Assembly: GCF_006345805.1 (NCBI RefSeq)
Contig: NC_043003.1
Coordinates: forward strand, 45,694,001-45,758,000
Length of the DNA: 64,000 nt
Source of the DNA: Octopus sinensis
Lineage: Eukaryota
Direction: 5' to 3'
In this document: piece after piece, positions 27,705-41,023 of the stretch
Layout of the letters: every line of letters begins with the position of its first letter
Numbering within the stretch: the stretch's first letter is position 1
The notes under the pieces: generated by a model
Database searches by the model: none
Seen by the model: only the letters and a program-made list of their open reading frames with translations
What the model was told of the DNA's origin: nothing
Position numbers and translations under genes: made by a program

Positions 27705-28176
27705 GACCTAAATTATCAATCGAGCGGCGAAAATGTTTCATAATATGATAACTTGTCATGTTGATGCCCACAAATGCAATCTAATGAGGGAGATAACCTT
27801 TACATGTCGCCCAAAAATAACATTTCGTTTGAAACGACAAACTAACTTATCACCTACATAAAATATATTCATTAATTATACGTCGCCCACAGAAATATAT
27901 TAAACAAAAATCGTTTAAACTATCACTTAGTAATATGATGACGTCAATGTAATCTAATGATAAAAATGACTATTTTATAAAATAAGTTTAAGTTCTGACA
28001 TATAAATAAATACATTTACTGTTAGTGTTAGTTTTCGATGTTATCTGAAGATTCACAAATATCAACGCATTTTTACAACGACTTAACTTTCCTTTCGTTC
28101 ATATAAACATTTTAGTATGAAACCACCATTAGCCACTCAACGACACATGACATATATACATCTATATAAATATATA

Positions 28177-28430
28177 CGAGGTGTGCAAAAGAAGGTATAC
28201 AGGAAGTAACACAAACATGTTATAATATTTAATTCATTAAAATTAATAGCACATTAAATTATTCAGCCTCATTTTTGATATTTTCAGTGTCATTAATCAT
28301 AATAATGCATTTATCATAACTATAATAATACTTTTATCGTAAATTTTAATTATTTTGATAAAAACAAATGAGTATTGGACGAGTTGTTTTCTATTTTCAT
28401 AACTGTATACCTACTTTTTGCACCACCCTG
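28177..28430. mobile_element. Tc1/mariner-type MITE, about 254 bp
   Basis: Imperfect TIRs CGAGGTGTGCAAAAGAAGGTATACAG / CTGTATACCTACTTTTTGCACCACCCTG, with TA on both sides. Confidence 0.7.
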
Positions 28431-28449
28431 TATGTGTATATATATATAT

Positions 28450-28630
28450 ATGATAGATCGATAGCCACTACACACATGTTTTTCTTTCCTTGTTTTTTTC
28501 TGTGTCCCTTTCTGTAGAAGAACGTAGGCTCGAAACGTAAAAGACTTTTTCTATTCCTGAGCGTTATACTAATACATCTGTTTATTTTGTACGCCACCTG
28601 TCTTCGTCTTTTGTTTTTTTCGTAAACTCT

Positions 28631-28634
<4 letters not shown>
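28450..28634 (+). mobile_element. Penelope pLTR-like repeat with degenerate hammerhead, ending at (TA)n
   Basis: CTTT-CTGTAGA-AGAAC.GTAG.GCTC-GAAAC-GTA-AAAG at 28508-28545; same family on the minus strand at 30289-30495. Confidence 0.65.
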
Positions 28635-28677
<43 letters not shown>

Positions 28678-28783
28678 GATAGATAGATATACACACATAT
28701 ATATGTATATATATATATATAAATATCATTATACACACACAGACAAACACACATACACACACACACACCACACACACACACAC

Positions 28784-28825
<42 letters not shown>

Positions 28826-29024
28826 CGAGGGGTGCTAAGAGTTCCTGGTGTTAAGCCTGGTTGGAAGCCCAACATTCGGAGTTCTTTTGCTGGACTAAGA
28901 AAATCTGCAGAACCGCTGCTCTATGTATATCTGAGAAGGGAACATGTTGAATATAAGCATATTTATCTGGTCCGTCTATATATTTTCTTTTACCCAAAGC
29001 CAGGAACTTTTGAGCAACCCATTG
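28826..29024 (+). mobile_element. Mariner deletion-derivative MITE (copy 1)
   Basis: TA-flanked TIRs CGAGGGGTGCTAAGAGTTCCTGG / CCAGGAACTTTTGAGCAACCCATTG; interior homologous to 59958-60173. Confidence 0.75.
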
Positions 29025-30241
29025 TATGTATGTGTGTGTGTATGTGTATGTTTGTGTGTCTGTATGTGTGTGTGTGTGTGTGTGTAAAGAACTAGTAGGT
29101 AAGAATTTTGGATAATTATTTATAATTACTTTCGTCACATTCATCGAAACTCCACAGATGTAAATTTTAAAGGGACATTTCTTTGCATTCTTTTAAAAAT
29201 CTACACAAAGAGTGATTTTATGTTTTCTTTTGTAATCTATATGTGTGTGTGTATGTATGTAGAAAAAAAGAAAGCGGTAAGAGGAATGAAGGGAGGAATG
29301 AAAGAGAAGAGAACACGAAGGACAAGAAAGAATGAGAAAACAAATGCAGAAAGAAAGAAGGAAAAAAAAGAGGACGAAAGGAGGCGAGAAAGGAGATCTT
29401 TTTTTTCTTTTGTTATAAAAAAATATATATGTATGTAAGTATGTAACAAACTTATCTCTAGCGAAAATATCTAATTTGAAATAGAAACCATAGAAAAATG
29501 AATAGTAATTATCATAACAACATCTTAAAATAATGATGTTAAAGTGATGAAATATATGTGAGTAGAAGAAAAATCTTCGCTTCCTATGAGTATCCGTAAC
29601 AAATACATTAATCACAGCCTCTCTAAAGGTGACTACTTCGCTGATGGTATGAAATAGATAACTTGATAGTTCAGCCACATAGTCTGAAGACATAGAATAT
29701 AAAGTGCAAAATATAGAAAGTCAGAGCGGAAAAGTTACATTGACAAACAATTTTGCTTCTTTCACAAGGAAACTGACTCATGATCGCTCAACCAGGTGAA
29801 AATAGCAGACAAAACTCTCAAAAATATTTATCTACGGTTTTAAGTTAAGGCTACATTGAAGACTATATTACTCGATATAAGTACCCTTGTGTACATATAC
29901 AAACATGCAAATATACATGCACACACACACACACCACACACACACACACACACGCGTATATATATATATATATGTTGTCTAACCATTTCTATCAATATAT
30001 ATATATATATATATATATTGATAGAAATGGTAAGACAACAAAAGAATGAAAGAGACCTCGATATTATGTAAATAGAGGAATTTAACTATAAACATAATAT
30101 GTGACAATTATTCGGTTGCCATGATAAAATCCGAGTTTCGGATGTCGGGGCGGAAACACATTCCGGCTCTGGGTTTCCGCCCCGACATCCGAAACTCGGA
30201 GTTTTATCATGGCTACCGAATAATTGTCACATATTATATTT

Positions 30242-30288
<47 letters not shown>

Positions 30289-30295
<7 letters not shown>

Positions 30296-30495
30296 AGTTT
30301 ACGAAAAAAACAAAAGATGAAGACAGGTGGTGTACAAAACAAACAGATGTATTAGTATAACGCTCAGGAATAGAAAAAGTCTTTTACGTTTCGAGCCTAC
30401 TCTTTTGTACAGAAAGGGACACAGAAAAGAAGGAGAGAAACAAGGAGAGAGAAAAATGTGTGTAGTGGCTAACGATCTATCATGGCTATTAAACT
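30289..30495 (-). mobile_element. Penelope pLTR-like repeat with degenerate hammerhead
   Basis: Reverse complement of the 28450-28634 family, abutting (TA)n. Confidence 0.65.
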
Positions 30496-30510
30496 ATATA
30501 TATATATATA

Positions 30511-31782
30511 CGAGGGGCGTTCAATAAGTAATGCCCCTGACCCACTTCCCATAGTAGTAGAGCAACAAAACTCGGCACAGATATTAGTCTTTTTCTACAT
30601 AGGAACCACCCAGAGTTACGCATTTCTCCCATCGTTTGATGCAGCTCTGGAGACCGTTTTTGTAGAAGACCCCAGCTTGGTCCTCCAACATGAACGTGAC
30701 TTCAGAAATCAACGCTGCATCATCTGGTAAACGCTTTCCTTTCAAAAACAACTTCATGGGTGGGAAGAGGTGAAAATCAGAGGGTGCAAGATCAGGAGAG
30801 TAGGGGGATGGGGGAGAAGTTCAAAGCCGCACGCCTGTGCTTTTGATCTGGCGACACGCGAGTTGTGGACCGGAGCGTTGTCCTGCAGGAGGAGGATGCC
30901 TCTTGATTTTGATAGCTTCTCTTAATTTCCTCAAAAGTGAAGCATAATAGGCTCCTGTAATTGTGGTACCCTTTGCCAGAAAATCTGTCATCACTACTCC
31001 GTCCTGGTCCCAGAAGACTGTGAGCGTGACCTTGCCAGCGGAGGGCTGCACCCTTGCCTTCTTTGGAGGAGGTGAGTCACGGCGCTTCCACTGCATTGAC
31101 TGGGCTTTGGTCTCTGGATCATAGTGATGGACCCAGGTTTCATCCTGTGTAATCAGTCTTTTGAAATATTTTGACTCATCTTCTTAGCACATCTCCAAAT
31201 TTATCCTCGAGCATTCGACGCGTTCTTGCTTCTGGAAAGGTGTGAGCAACCTGGGAATCCATCTGGCAGACACCTTTTGCATATGTAAATGGTCATGAAT
31301 GATAGTTTCCACAGACCCGGTACTAATCTTGACTTCATGGGCTATTTGGCGAATAGTTATGCGTCGATCTTCCAAAATGGCAGCCTCAACTTGACGGACA
31401 GATGCCTCATCAATGGCAGAAGTGGGGCGACCAGATCTGGGAGCTGTTTCCACAGAGTTCCGACCAAGTTTGAATTCACGATGCCAGCGTTTTACAAGGT
31501 CATATGATGGGGCATCATCACCATAAGTTACTTTCATTTCATCAAAAGTTTCCCGTGGTGTGCGTCCTTTCAAATACAAAAACCGGATCACTGCTCGACA
31601 CACAACAGGCTCCATTTCACACCTGACTCAATTCAAACACCTGTAAATCAGAAACCACAATTATTTCAGAGCTGTAATTTTCCACTTAATCTATAGAGAT
31701 ATAAATAATTGCACATGCAAAATTTCAGCTAGATCAAAGAACTGCAATTGGGTCAGGGGCATTACTTATTGAACACCGCTCG
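30511..31782 (-). mobile_element. Full-length mariner (irritans-like), 1272 bp, 33-bp TIRs, TA TSD
   Basis: TIR CGAGGGGCGTTCAATAAGTAATGCCCCTGACCC versus the reverse complement of 31750-31782 (2 mismatches); TA on both sides. Confidence 0.95.
30584..31615 (-). pseudogene. Mariner D,D34D transposase pseudogene
   Basis: MEPVVCRAVIRFLYLKG...WIPRLLT...QDETW...QDNAP...YSPDLAPSD; one in-frame TAA (31184-31186) and frameshifts near 30900 and 30805. Confidence 0.93.
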
Positions 31783-31789
31783 TAGTTTA

Positions 31790-31975
31790 TCTTTTACTTA
31801 TTTCAGTCATTAGACTGTGACCTTAATAGGGTACAACCCTGAATAATTTTTAGCGGAATAAATCGACCCCAATACTTACTTCTTTTCAACCTGGTACTTA
31901 TTCTATCGGTCTTTTTACCGAACCGCTATGAAACAGAGACGTAAACACAATAACACCGGTCGTTATGTGGCGGGG
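31790..31975 (-). mobile_element. Octopus SINE 3' fragment
   Basis: TTTCAGTCATTAGACTGTG...AATCGACCCCAATACTT...CTGGTACTTATTCTATCGG matches the reverse complement of the family tail. Confidence 0.8.
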
Positions 31976-32310
31976 GCGAGTAGAGTCTGTGTGAATAGCA
32001 CACACAGGCGCACACATAGACAAATATATATATATATGTGTGTGTGTATACGTATGTATGTACATGCATATGCAGATAAATAGCTAGATGTAATTATGTA
32101 TGCATGCAGACATATGTATATGTAATTCTGTGTATTGATGCATAATATATTCCGATTTTTTATCTCTTACTATCATAAGTTTAACTAGTACTATCAGGGT
32201 ACTAGTTAAACTTAATTACTTGATATACATATATATATATGTATGTGTGTGTGTGTGTATGTGAGTGTGTTTGTGTGTGTTGGTGTGTCAATGTTTGTGT
32301 CTGTGTATTC

Positions 32311-32343
<33 letters not shown>

Positions 32344-32389
32344 TAAATTGTTCGCGATGGAAGCAGTATTGATACAAAAAAATAAATTT

Positions 32390-33250
32390 TATATCTAACT
32401 TAAGATGGTTGCCTTGTTATAAATCTGAAGATCACTGAGAAAGAGAATGCCTACACTGAACTATCGAGAAGTTTACAGCTTCTCTATCCAGGTTACAAGT
32501 TCAGATTTATACCTGTAATTATTGGGGCAATGGGCATGTTAGAACAGCAAATATTGCGTAACTAGGCGTGATAGATCCTTCCCTTTGTACCCCACTCCCA
32601 CCTTCACCCACACACATAGGTCGCAGGAAGCGAGAATCGTTTGACATGGGCACCAAAATTCCCATATCACGTGATTTTGGTCTACTAAACTTTTTCTGCG
32701 TACATACACACAAACACACACACATGCATACATACATACATACATACATACATAATATGTCCGAAACTGTCATCGTGCCAATGAGACATGATATTCCAGT
32801 TAGAACACGCTACAACGAGATTCGTCGAAAGGCTAACCCCGAGGACAAAGAAATAACAACCAACAACATGGTGCAAGCCATAGCCACTCACACTAAAAAC
32901 GAGTACTGGGGGAATCTCCCCGTAAAAACCTCAACAAAATGTAGACACAGTAGACTTGATATAATGATTTGGGATAGAGAAGAGAATTGTGTACAGTTAT
33001 GGAAATCATCTGTCCAGCGGATGTTTATATATATATGAAGATCACTGAAAAAGAGAACTATTGAGAAATTTACAGTTTCTCTATCTAGGTTTATACCTGT
33101 AATTATTGAGGCAATGGATATGTAACACACTACCTAAATACCAATCTTGAGAAGTTAGGCTTCTGAAAACCAGAAAGGAGAAAGCTATTGTAAAGACTAT
33201 AGATCCAAGCCATTACTCAAACTTTAAGAATCAGTAAAACTATCCAGAAA
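32390..33250 (+). pseudogene. Restriction-like endonuclease (RLE) 3' fragments of a non-LTR retrotransposon, probably Dong/R4, partly duplicated
   Basis: KTSTKCRHSRLDIMIWDREE..MEIICPADV..KITEKEN and EKENAYTELSRSLQLLYPGYKFRFIPVIIGAMG; the KITEKEN...IPVII segment occurs near both 32420-32540 and 33030-33125. Confidence 0.75.
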
Positions 33251-33423
33251 TGTAGAGTATATACATAAAAATCTGCACGTTTACATACATATATATATAT
33301 AACAAAATAACCTGGTGTTGAAACGCCAATGAAGGAGCATTGGATCTAGATTAGAAACCGTCTCTTTCTCTGTTGGCAAGAAATCTTGAAATAAACCTGA
33401 ATAATGGCATAAGTACGTGTATA

Positions 33424-34012
33424 TTATTTTCTTTTCCACTTTAGGCACAAGGCCGAAATTTTTTTGGAAAGAGAGCCAGTCAATTAGACCGACCCCTGTA
33501 CGCAACTGGTACTTAATTTATCGACCCCGAAAGAGTGAAAGACAAAGCCGATCTCGGCAGAATTTGAACATAGAACTTAAAGACAGGCGAAATATCACAA
33601 AATGTTTGGGCCGGTGTGCTAACGTTTCTTATTTATTTATTGCCAACAAGAGGCTACACACACAGGGAACAAAATGGATTAAGTCGATTATATCGACCCC
33701 AGTGCGTAACTGGTATTTATTTAATCGACCCCGTAAGGCTGAAAGGCAAAGTGACCTCGGCGAAATTTGAACTCATAACGTAGCGGCAGACGAAATACCT
33801 ATTTCTTTACTACCCACAAGGGGCTAAACACAGAGAGGACAAACAAGGACAGACAAAGGGATTAAGTCGATTATATCGACCTCAGTGCGTAACAGGTACT
33901 TAATTTATCGACTCCGAAAGGATGAAAGGCAAAGTCGACCTCGGCGGAATTTGAACTTAGAACGTAACAGCATTTCGCCCGGCGTGCTAACGTTTCTGCC
34001 AGCTCGGCGCAT
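33424..34012 (-). mobile_element. Three tandem GGCGGCGAGCTGG-family SINE copies with repeated linker
   Basis: ATCGACCCC..TGCGTAACTGGTACTTAATTTATCGAC..GAAAGG repeats near 33490, 33690 and 33870; linker CACAAG.GGCTA.ACACAG.G.G.ACAAA. Confidence 0.88.
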
Positions 34013-34339
34013 TTACATGCGTGTATATTGTAAATAATCTTATATGTAAATATGCATAAAGAGGGAGAAAGATGTATGAATGTATACACACAAACACATG
34101 TGTGTGTGAGAGAGAGAGTGTGTGTTTGTGTGTGTGTGTGTATGTGCCTGTGTGTGTGTGCGTACCTGTTTGTGTGTGTGCGTACATGTGTGTATGTTGT
34201 CCGCGACGACCTCTTGTAGTGGTGTTTTATTTTATATTTTTAATTTCTAACACGGGATCAAATTTCATGAAGTAGATGGATTCTGAATTTTTTTTCTTCA
34301 GAGCATCTCAAATATTAACCTATGTTTACTGTCTCTTCT

Positions 34340-34778
34340 AAATCTATACATATAGTGCTGAAGTTATGTGTGTGTGTGTGTGTGTGGCAGGTTTGGTAGC
34401 CTTTAACTATCCTCTCCGAGACCCTGCGATGCAAGTTGACCAAATTTGAGAGTATGATAGAAGGCTTGCTCTTCATTCCGTAGAAAAAAAAGTTAAAAAC
34501 GGACCATGTTAAGACCAAAAGTTATTTATATCAAAAAGGTGCTTTTTTTTCTATGAAAATCCCTATTTTTTACGATTTTTTTACTTCTGTGTCGCCATTT
34601 TTTGGTGTATTTCAACCAGCAAAAATGTTCACTTAAAGAGAATAACAAGCTACATAATGCAAAACTTTTACTTTTCATAAAAGATTGAAACTATCTCAAA
34701 ACTTAGATATCGAAGCCTGCCATTTTAAGCGCAACTAAAAAAAAAAAAACCCGAGCAACGCCGGGCTATACTGCTAGT
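34340..34778 (-). mobile_element. Non-autonomous Helitron/Helentron element
   Basis: Minus strand starts ACTAGCAGTATAGCCCGGCGTTGCTCGGG, the same terminus type as 5372. Confidence 0.65.
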
Positions 34779-35231
34779 TTTATATATTTATCTCTTTCAG
34801 GCATTAGCTATCTCTTTCAGGCACTGGAAAAAGTCGGCATTATCACGTCGCCCCGTTTGGACTTTGTTTCATTGACATTGTTATCATACAAGCATTCTAC
34901 TAATCGAATTGACTTTGAAGAAAGCCTTATATATGCAAACTAGGCTTCCATTTTTATTTTAACGCTTATAAATGATTTTGTTTATAAACGGTTTCTCTAT
35001 GAACAGTTAAAGAAGCTACACTGTTGCGGATGAAATCCCAAACAAGATTGAATTTAATCCATTTCATTTTTATTTCTTTGTTCACGAAAATATATTCAAG
35101 TATAAAAGCAAGTTATTTACATTTGTCGATGCAAAATTGCAAGTGAATGTTTAGATTAAATCTTTTAGTGCAGTATAGAATTGTTAACGTTCCATAATTG
35201 ATCAATCTATATAAACACATTTAAATGTAGG

Positions 35232-35267
<36 letters not shown>

Positions 35268-35418
35268 CGCATATATATATATATATATGCACACACACAC
35301 ATATATATATATACACACACATATATATATTTAAATGAGTCTCTATATACTTATACATACATATATCTATATATGTGTACGCATATATACATATAACTAT
35401 ATATATATAACTATATAT

Positions 35419-35471
<53 letters not shown>

Positions 35472-37671
35472 TATATACGTGTGTGTGTTTATATGTAAGA
35501 ATGCATAAATTTAGGTATATTAATATTTGCCTTTATAAAGGGTCATACTTGTAAAATGAGTTAGATATTAAATTTTGAAGGATTACACAGAAAAGTTTGC
35601 ATGCGTACTTACACACACACACACACACACACATACATACACACAGACATAAGTACATGTGTGGATGTATGTGTGTGTAGTGAATTAGATATGCAAATGT
35701 ATCTTAAATGTTGCATCCAACAGTGTTCAGGATAAAAAAAACATACATGTGTGTGCATGTAAAACGTAAAATATATTCTAACGAGAATGCATTCAAATGT
35801 GTGTATATATATATATTTATGTGTACTGTCTGTATTCTCTGTGTGTGAGAGAAAGTGAAGATGAGGAAAGTTACATGAAGAGAAACAGCAGCTGAGTGAA
35901 TGATGAATCTAAAGATTAGTGGTAACATTATCACAGTTGTTAATCAAGGAGGCTGAGGTACTGAAACAGTTTAGGACGTGGCAATGTCAGTATTTCAAGT
36001 AGAGATAAAGATGATAGCTCTGATTAGAAAGCGAAACAGTTAGAGAGTTCCTTTTTGTATATTTTATTTTCATTTTTTTATTTATTTATTCTTTTTTTTT
36101 TTTTTTTTTTTTTTTTTGCGCCGCGGAAGTCAAGAGACTACAACGTGACAAAGAAGAAATTTAAAATAAAATGTAAAAATGCCGAAGAGAAAACGCATAG
36201 TTGACAGATAAATAAATGAAAACTTATGTGGAGATGATAAGATAAAAGCATATAAAAGAAATCGGTGGGGAGATATCTAAATTTAAATATATATGTGTGG
36301 AAGTGTGTGTGTGCGCGTGAGTGTGTGTGAGCGTGTAAATATATATACATATATTTACATATATACATATATATATGTACATAGATGTACACATATATAA
36401 ATACCCGTATGCATACACATACATATTTATATATACATGCATACATGTATATGCATATAGATATGTATATATGTCCATACATTATAATGGAAGAAGCACG
36501 TATATGCATTCATGTGTGAGAGTGCCTGTGCGAATATATATCCATGTGTGCGTTTGCACATAAGTGTGTATAAGTATGTGTACTTGTGACTAAAAGAAGT
36601 GTGAAAAACAAGATGAAAAAATGGAGTATTCAATATTAAAAGTTAGATTTATATATTTTATTTTATCGGGCGTTTAATCTTTAAGTGTAGTTAATCTATG
36701 TTTCACGTTCACGAAATTCAGACGATAATGAAAAACACGAGCATGAGAATAATATTAAAAATCTTATAGTGAAGATATTTGAATATATGCACGCAACTTT
36801 TTGATCGGTGGCGATAAAAAAAAAGACTATATAACGACTATGAAAAAATATATAATAATAAATAATTTGGAAGTGTTTACAGCTTTGAAGCAGAGAAAGG
36901 AGCAAAAGACGAGAGACTAATTTTAAATCAATCCGTATGAATATATACATGTGTGTATGTATGTATCTATGTACAAATGTCTAGGAAAATATGAATGTGA
37001 CAAAGAGAAAGTAATACGAAATAAAAATGCTAATAATGAAAAAGCCAAAAATATTGTATATTGTATTTTTATCTAATTTGTTGTATGAAATACATTCGTA
37101 CTCTGGACAACATTAATATTTAGCGTATGTACTAGTATGCGGGTGTTCATGGATGCACGTGCGAGTGCAGAAATGTAATATTCTTCAAAGTCGGAAACGG
37201 AGGTTCGGTCAAAAAGATAACAGTGAAATGTTTACTTCTTCCAAGAGAAATCTAAGAGATTAAATGAGAGGAAATAGTTAAATACGCGGTAAATATTTAT
37301 AGGCACACATCTAAAACTTTACCACTTTTCATCTAGCGTGTGTTTGACTTGGACACAAGCTGAAACTGAAAGATACATGTTTGTTCATATTTGTGTACAA
37401 GTATGGTTGTGTGTGTGTGTACGTACGTGTGTATATATACATTATGGAAGAGTATATTAGCTTCCTATTAACATTTGATATCCATATAATTTTGCCTGTC
37501 TTTAGGACGGTGGCGAGAATTGTGGTGTTTCTTGTTCGTAATATTGTAGCTTTTGTGGTTGCCATAGGACAGATTCAATAAAACAAAATACTTCGTCATA
37601 ACCGATTTGATAAAACTCATTATACCAATGGCAATTGCAGAATTTAAATGTATATACATATATATATATAT

Positions 37672-37830
37672 AAGGTTAATCCAAACGAGAAAACAGAAAA
37701 AACAACACAAGGAGGTGGAACAATTAAAGTATTATGATTAGGCGCTCAGGAAAAAGGGAAGAAGGAGGGTATGACGTTTCGAGCGGAGCTCTTCGTCGGA
37801 AACATAAGAGAAAGAAAGATCCCGAGGCGG
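37672..37830 (-). mobile_element. Penelope pLTR-like repeat with minimal hammerhead motif
   Basis: Minus strand GTTT-CCGACGA-A-GAGC-TCC-GCTC-GAAAC-GTC-ATAC (37769-37804); same family as 61940-62106; abuts (TA)n. Confidence 0.75.
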
Positions 37831-38920
37831 GCGGACGGAGGGAAAAAAAACGCGACTGGTTTTCACGAAGTAAACATGCTGAAAGGCCGGAAGTCTTAGA
37901 CAGCGGGGACAGGTTTTCAAAGACAGGAGAGCGGAAAAAGAAGGTTGGTAACAACTCGATGAATGGGAAGAAGAATGTGTGTATGTGAGTGTGTACGTGT
38001 GCGTGTGTGTATGTGTGTGTAAGGCGACGGCGGGTAGCGGGCAGCGGCCGTAACGATGTGCGAGATAAAAAATATGTATATATTAGTGCGTGCGTCTGTG
38101 TGTAAGTGTGTGTACGTAGGGCGAAAGGTAGTAGACGTAGCAGTCGCAGGTCAGTGGTCAGTGGTAAAAGGAGGAAGGAGGGAATGTGTGGGTGCGTATG
38201 TACGTCCCGTGTGTGTGTTTAGTTGTAGTGTGTGTGTGTCCGTGTGCGTAGTTGTATGTATGGCAAGTAAATTTGAAGTGTGTGTAAGTGTATTGTATAT
38301 ATATATATGCAAATGTGTGTGTGTGAGTGCATGGGAGTGAGTGTATGTATGTGTGTGCGTGTGTGTACAAAAGGTAGGGGTATTTTATATATATATATAT
38401 AATATATATATATATTATATATATAAACTATAAATCTACGTTGTTGGATTATCCCTAAATACGCACATATATACCCAAGAAAATATTCACGAGTGTGCAA
38501 ATGAAATCAAGATTGTTCACTAGACACTGTCAGTCACATATACACGCGCGCACAAGCACACAGACACACACAAGCACGTACATACATACATTCACATGCA
38601 CACATCTTCGTTAACTGAGTAGGGATTTAAATATATACAACCTACATGTGCAAGATTACGTACATATATATACATGTTAATCTTGAACCATGAGAATGAG
38701 TGTTCAACACACCATTCGTGGATAAAAGTTATTTATCTTTGTTTTAAACAACCAGTGGTTTCATGTTTAGACATATCCATCAACAATTATCAAATCCATC
38801 ACATTGAACATCGGTGTTCCTTTCCGGAGACAAATATCGATGTTCCATGGCATAGGCTTGAAAATTGTTGAGGCACCGCTCATAACATGAAACCTATGGT
38901 AGCTTTACCCATAAGTAATA

Positions 38921-38996
<76 letters not shown>

Positions 38997-39049
38997 CAGA
39001 GAGAGAGACAGACAGACAGATAGACAGAGATGATAAGAAATGGAGCTAT

Positions 39050-39796
39050 AATTAACAATGGGAAGTGGATCAGTGGTGTTTTAAAGTCAATTTAATTAAA
39101 ATAAGAGTTTGGGGTGAATTTACATTTATCTCGTTACAATTGATAAACATCTTCAGAACGATTATATGGCAAATATAAATAGAAGAAAAGGCAAGGAAAA
39201 AGGGAAAAAATGTTCGTTTATTCAATAGTCTTACATTTTAGTGACTTACATAATTCCATGTGTCAGTGGGAGGATAAAAGAGTAGAGAGTTTAAGTCCAT
39301 AGTTTTATATTTAGTTAGTTTCATAATTAAACGTGTCCGTAGGTTCCTACATTCAGTGCTAATTGTGGCTAGTTGACCGGCGGTGTAAGCCGAAGGAGTT
39401 ATAGCTATTGGGGATATCCGATGTAGTTATTGGACGTATATGACGCTAATTTGTAGCCTATAAGTTAGTCCCTATGGACACGTGAAATTATGAAACTAAC
39501 TAAATATATGACTATTGACTTAACAAACTCTCTTCTCTTTTATCCTCCCACTGACACGTGGAATTATGTAAGTCACTAAAATGTAAGACTATTGAAGTAA
39601 CGAACATTTTCTATTTTGCCTTCCATTTTTCTTCTATTTATCTTTGCCATATAATCTTTCTGAAGATGTTTATCAATTGTAACGAGATAAATGCAAATTT
39701 AACCCATTTTCATAAATATAAACAGCTGTAAACATACTTTTATTTTAATTAAACAATGACTTTAAAACACCAATGATTCACTTCCCATTGTTAATT
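39050..39796. repeat. Long fold-back element, arms about 294 and 326 bp, 127-nt loop
   Basis: 39050-39343 is the diverged reverse complement of 39471-39796; the right arm has an extra ~30 nt. Confidence 0.92.
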
Positions 39797-40134
39797 CTTG
39801 GTCCACTTCTTATCGTCCCTATATATATTAAACCACGGTTTTACCTTTGAATTACCTACTACCGCATACCTTATAACAAGGACCATACATACTGAGGTAA
39901 TACACCAGGAGAGCCTACGGATACATCTATCCCTTAGATGGCTGCATAACATCTAACATATCTTACACAATATATATATATATGTATGTGTGTGTATAAA
40001 GGGGTAAATAAAAGAAAGCTTCTGACAATGCGGTACGTTTTATAAAGAGTTTATATTTCAGTCGCATATTACGGTGTTGACTGCAGTCGCTGTGATGCTT
40101 TAGTATGAGCCACAGGATCGACTGCGATCGACTG

Positions 40135-40400
40135 CTAAGTTTTCGCGTTGAGGCGGTGGATCCATAGAGCTTCTTTAATACGTAGATTACCAGTATTCCT
40201 CTCCGAAGCCAGTATGTTTGCGGGAGGAGGACCTGTTGGTGGTGAGAAGCTCCCTCATTCGGATGTGGAGTGGTCGTATTGTGCTACCGATTTAGTTATT
40301 TTTGCATTTGGAGCATCGTATCTGGTATTCTACGCATGTACGTAGGCCATCTTAGTGTTGCGAATGAAGTAATTCGCTACTGTTCAGGGTTGCTATCGTC
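40135..40400 (-). pseudogene. Penelope GIY-YIG endonuclease remnant
   Basis: Reads VEYQIRCSKCKNN*IGSTIRPLHIRMRE...NLRIKEALWIHRLNAKT*. Confidence 0.8.
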
Positions 40401-40992
40401 CACTTAAAATGCATGCTAAGGCTGGTTGCCATATTTATTCTTAAGACGGTGTCTGAAATACACAACACTATACACAACATGCACGTACCCATATGCTTCC
40501 AAACATCGTGTTTCTGAAACTCCTTAAACTCCTACACCGTTGTTGCAAGATGGAGAGTTGCTGCTATTGCTGCTAACCCGACACATCATTCAACATTTTG
40601 TGAGTTGCCAACACCAACATTGGGTAATCTGCTTACACCAACGCTTAAAGAGTTGATTACATGAACAGTTGGAGAATGACTGCTAGTGCTGCTAGCTTAA
40701 CGCCGAGGAGTTTGATTAGGGTAACAGAATCTGTGTTACCGGACATTTGCCAGACTCCTTCCTTCTGAGGATGGGCCTTTGCACCTGAAATATAAAGGTT
40801 TATGTAAAACTTGCCGCATTGTCAAAAGCTCTCATATTTTCCCCCTTTGTTTCCCTTCTTCGGTACTACAATACTTCAAATGAATTACAACCCTCTTAGA
40901 TAGAAAGATTGGTAGATAGATCGATAGATAGATCGATAGATAGATAGATTGTTAGACAGACAGACAGACATGTAGATAGATAGATAGATAGT

Positions 40993-41023
<31 letters not shown>

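Noticed and set aside
37480-37660. Coding exon (TTILATVLKTGKIIWISNV or other frames)
   Set aside because: There is no usable acceptor on the minus strand before an in-frame stop, and all plus-strand frames contain stops.
40755-40795. Hammerhead CUGAGGA-UGGG..CCU-GAAA
   Set aside because: Stem II pairs poorly and there is no convincing stem I, so it is not counted.
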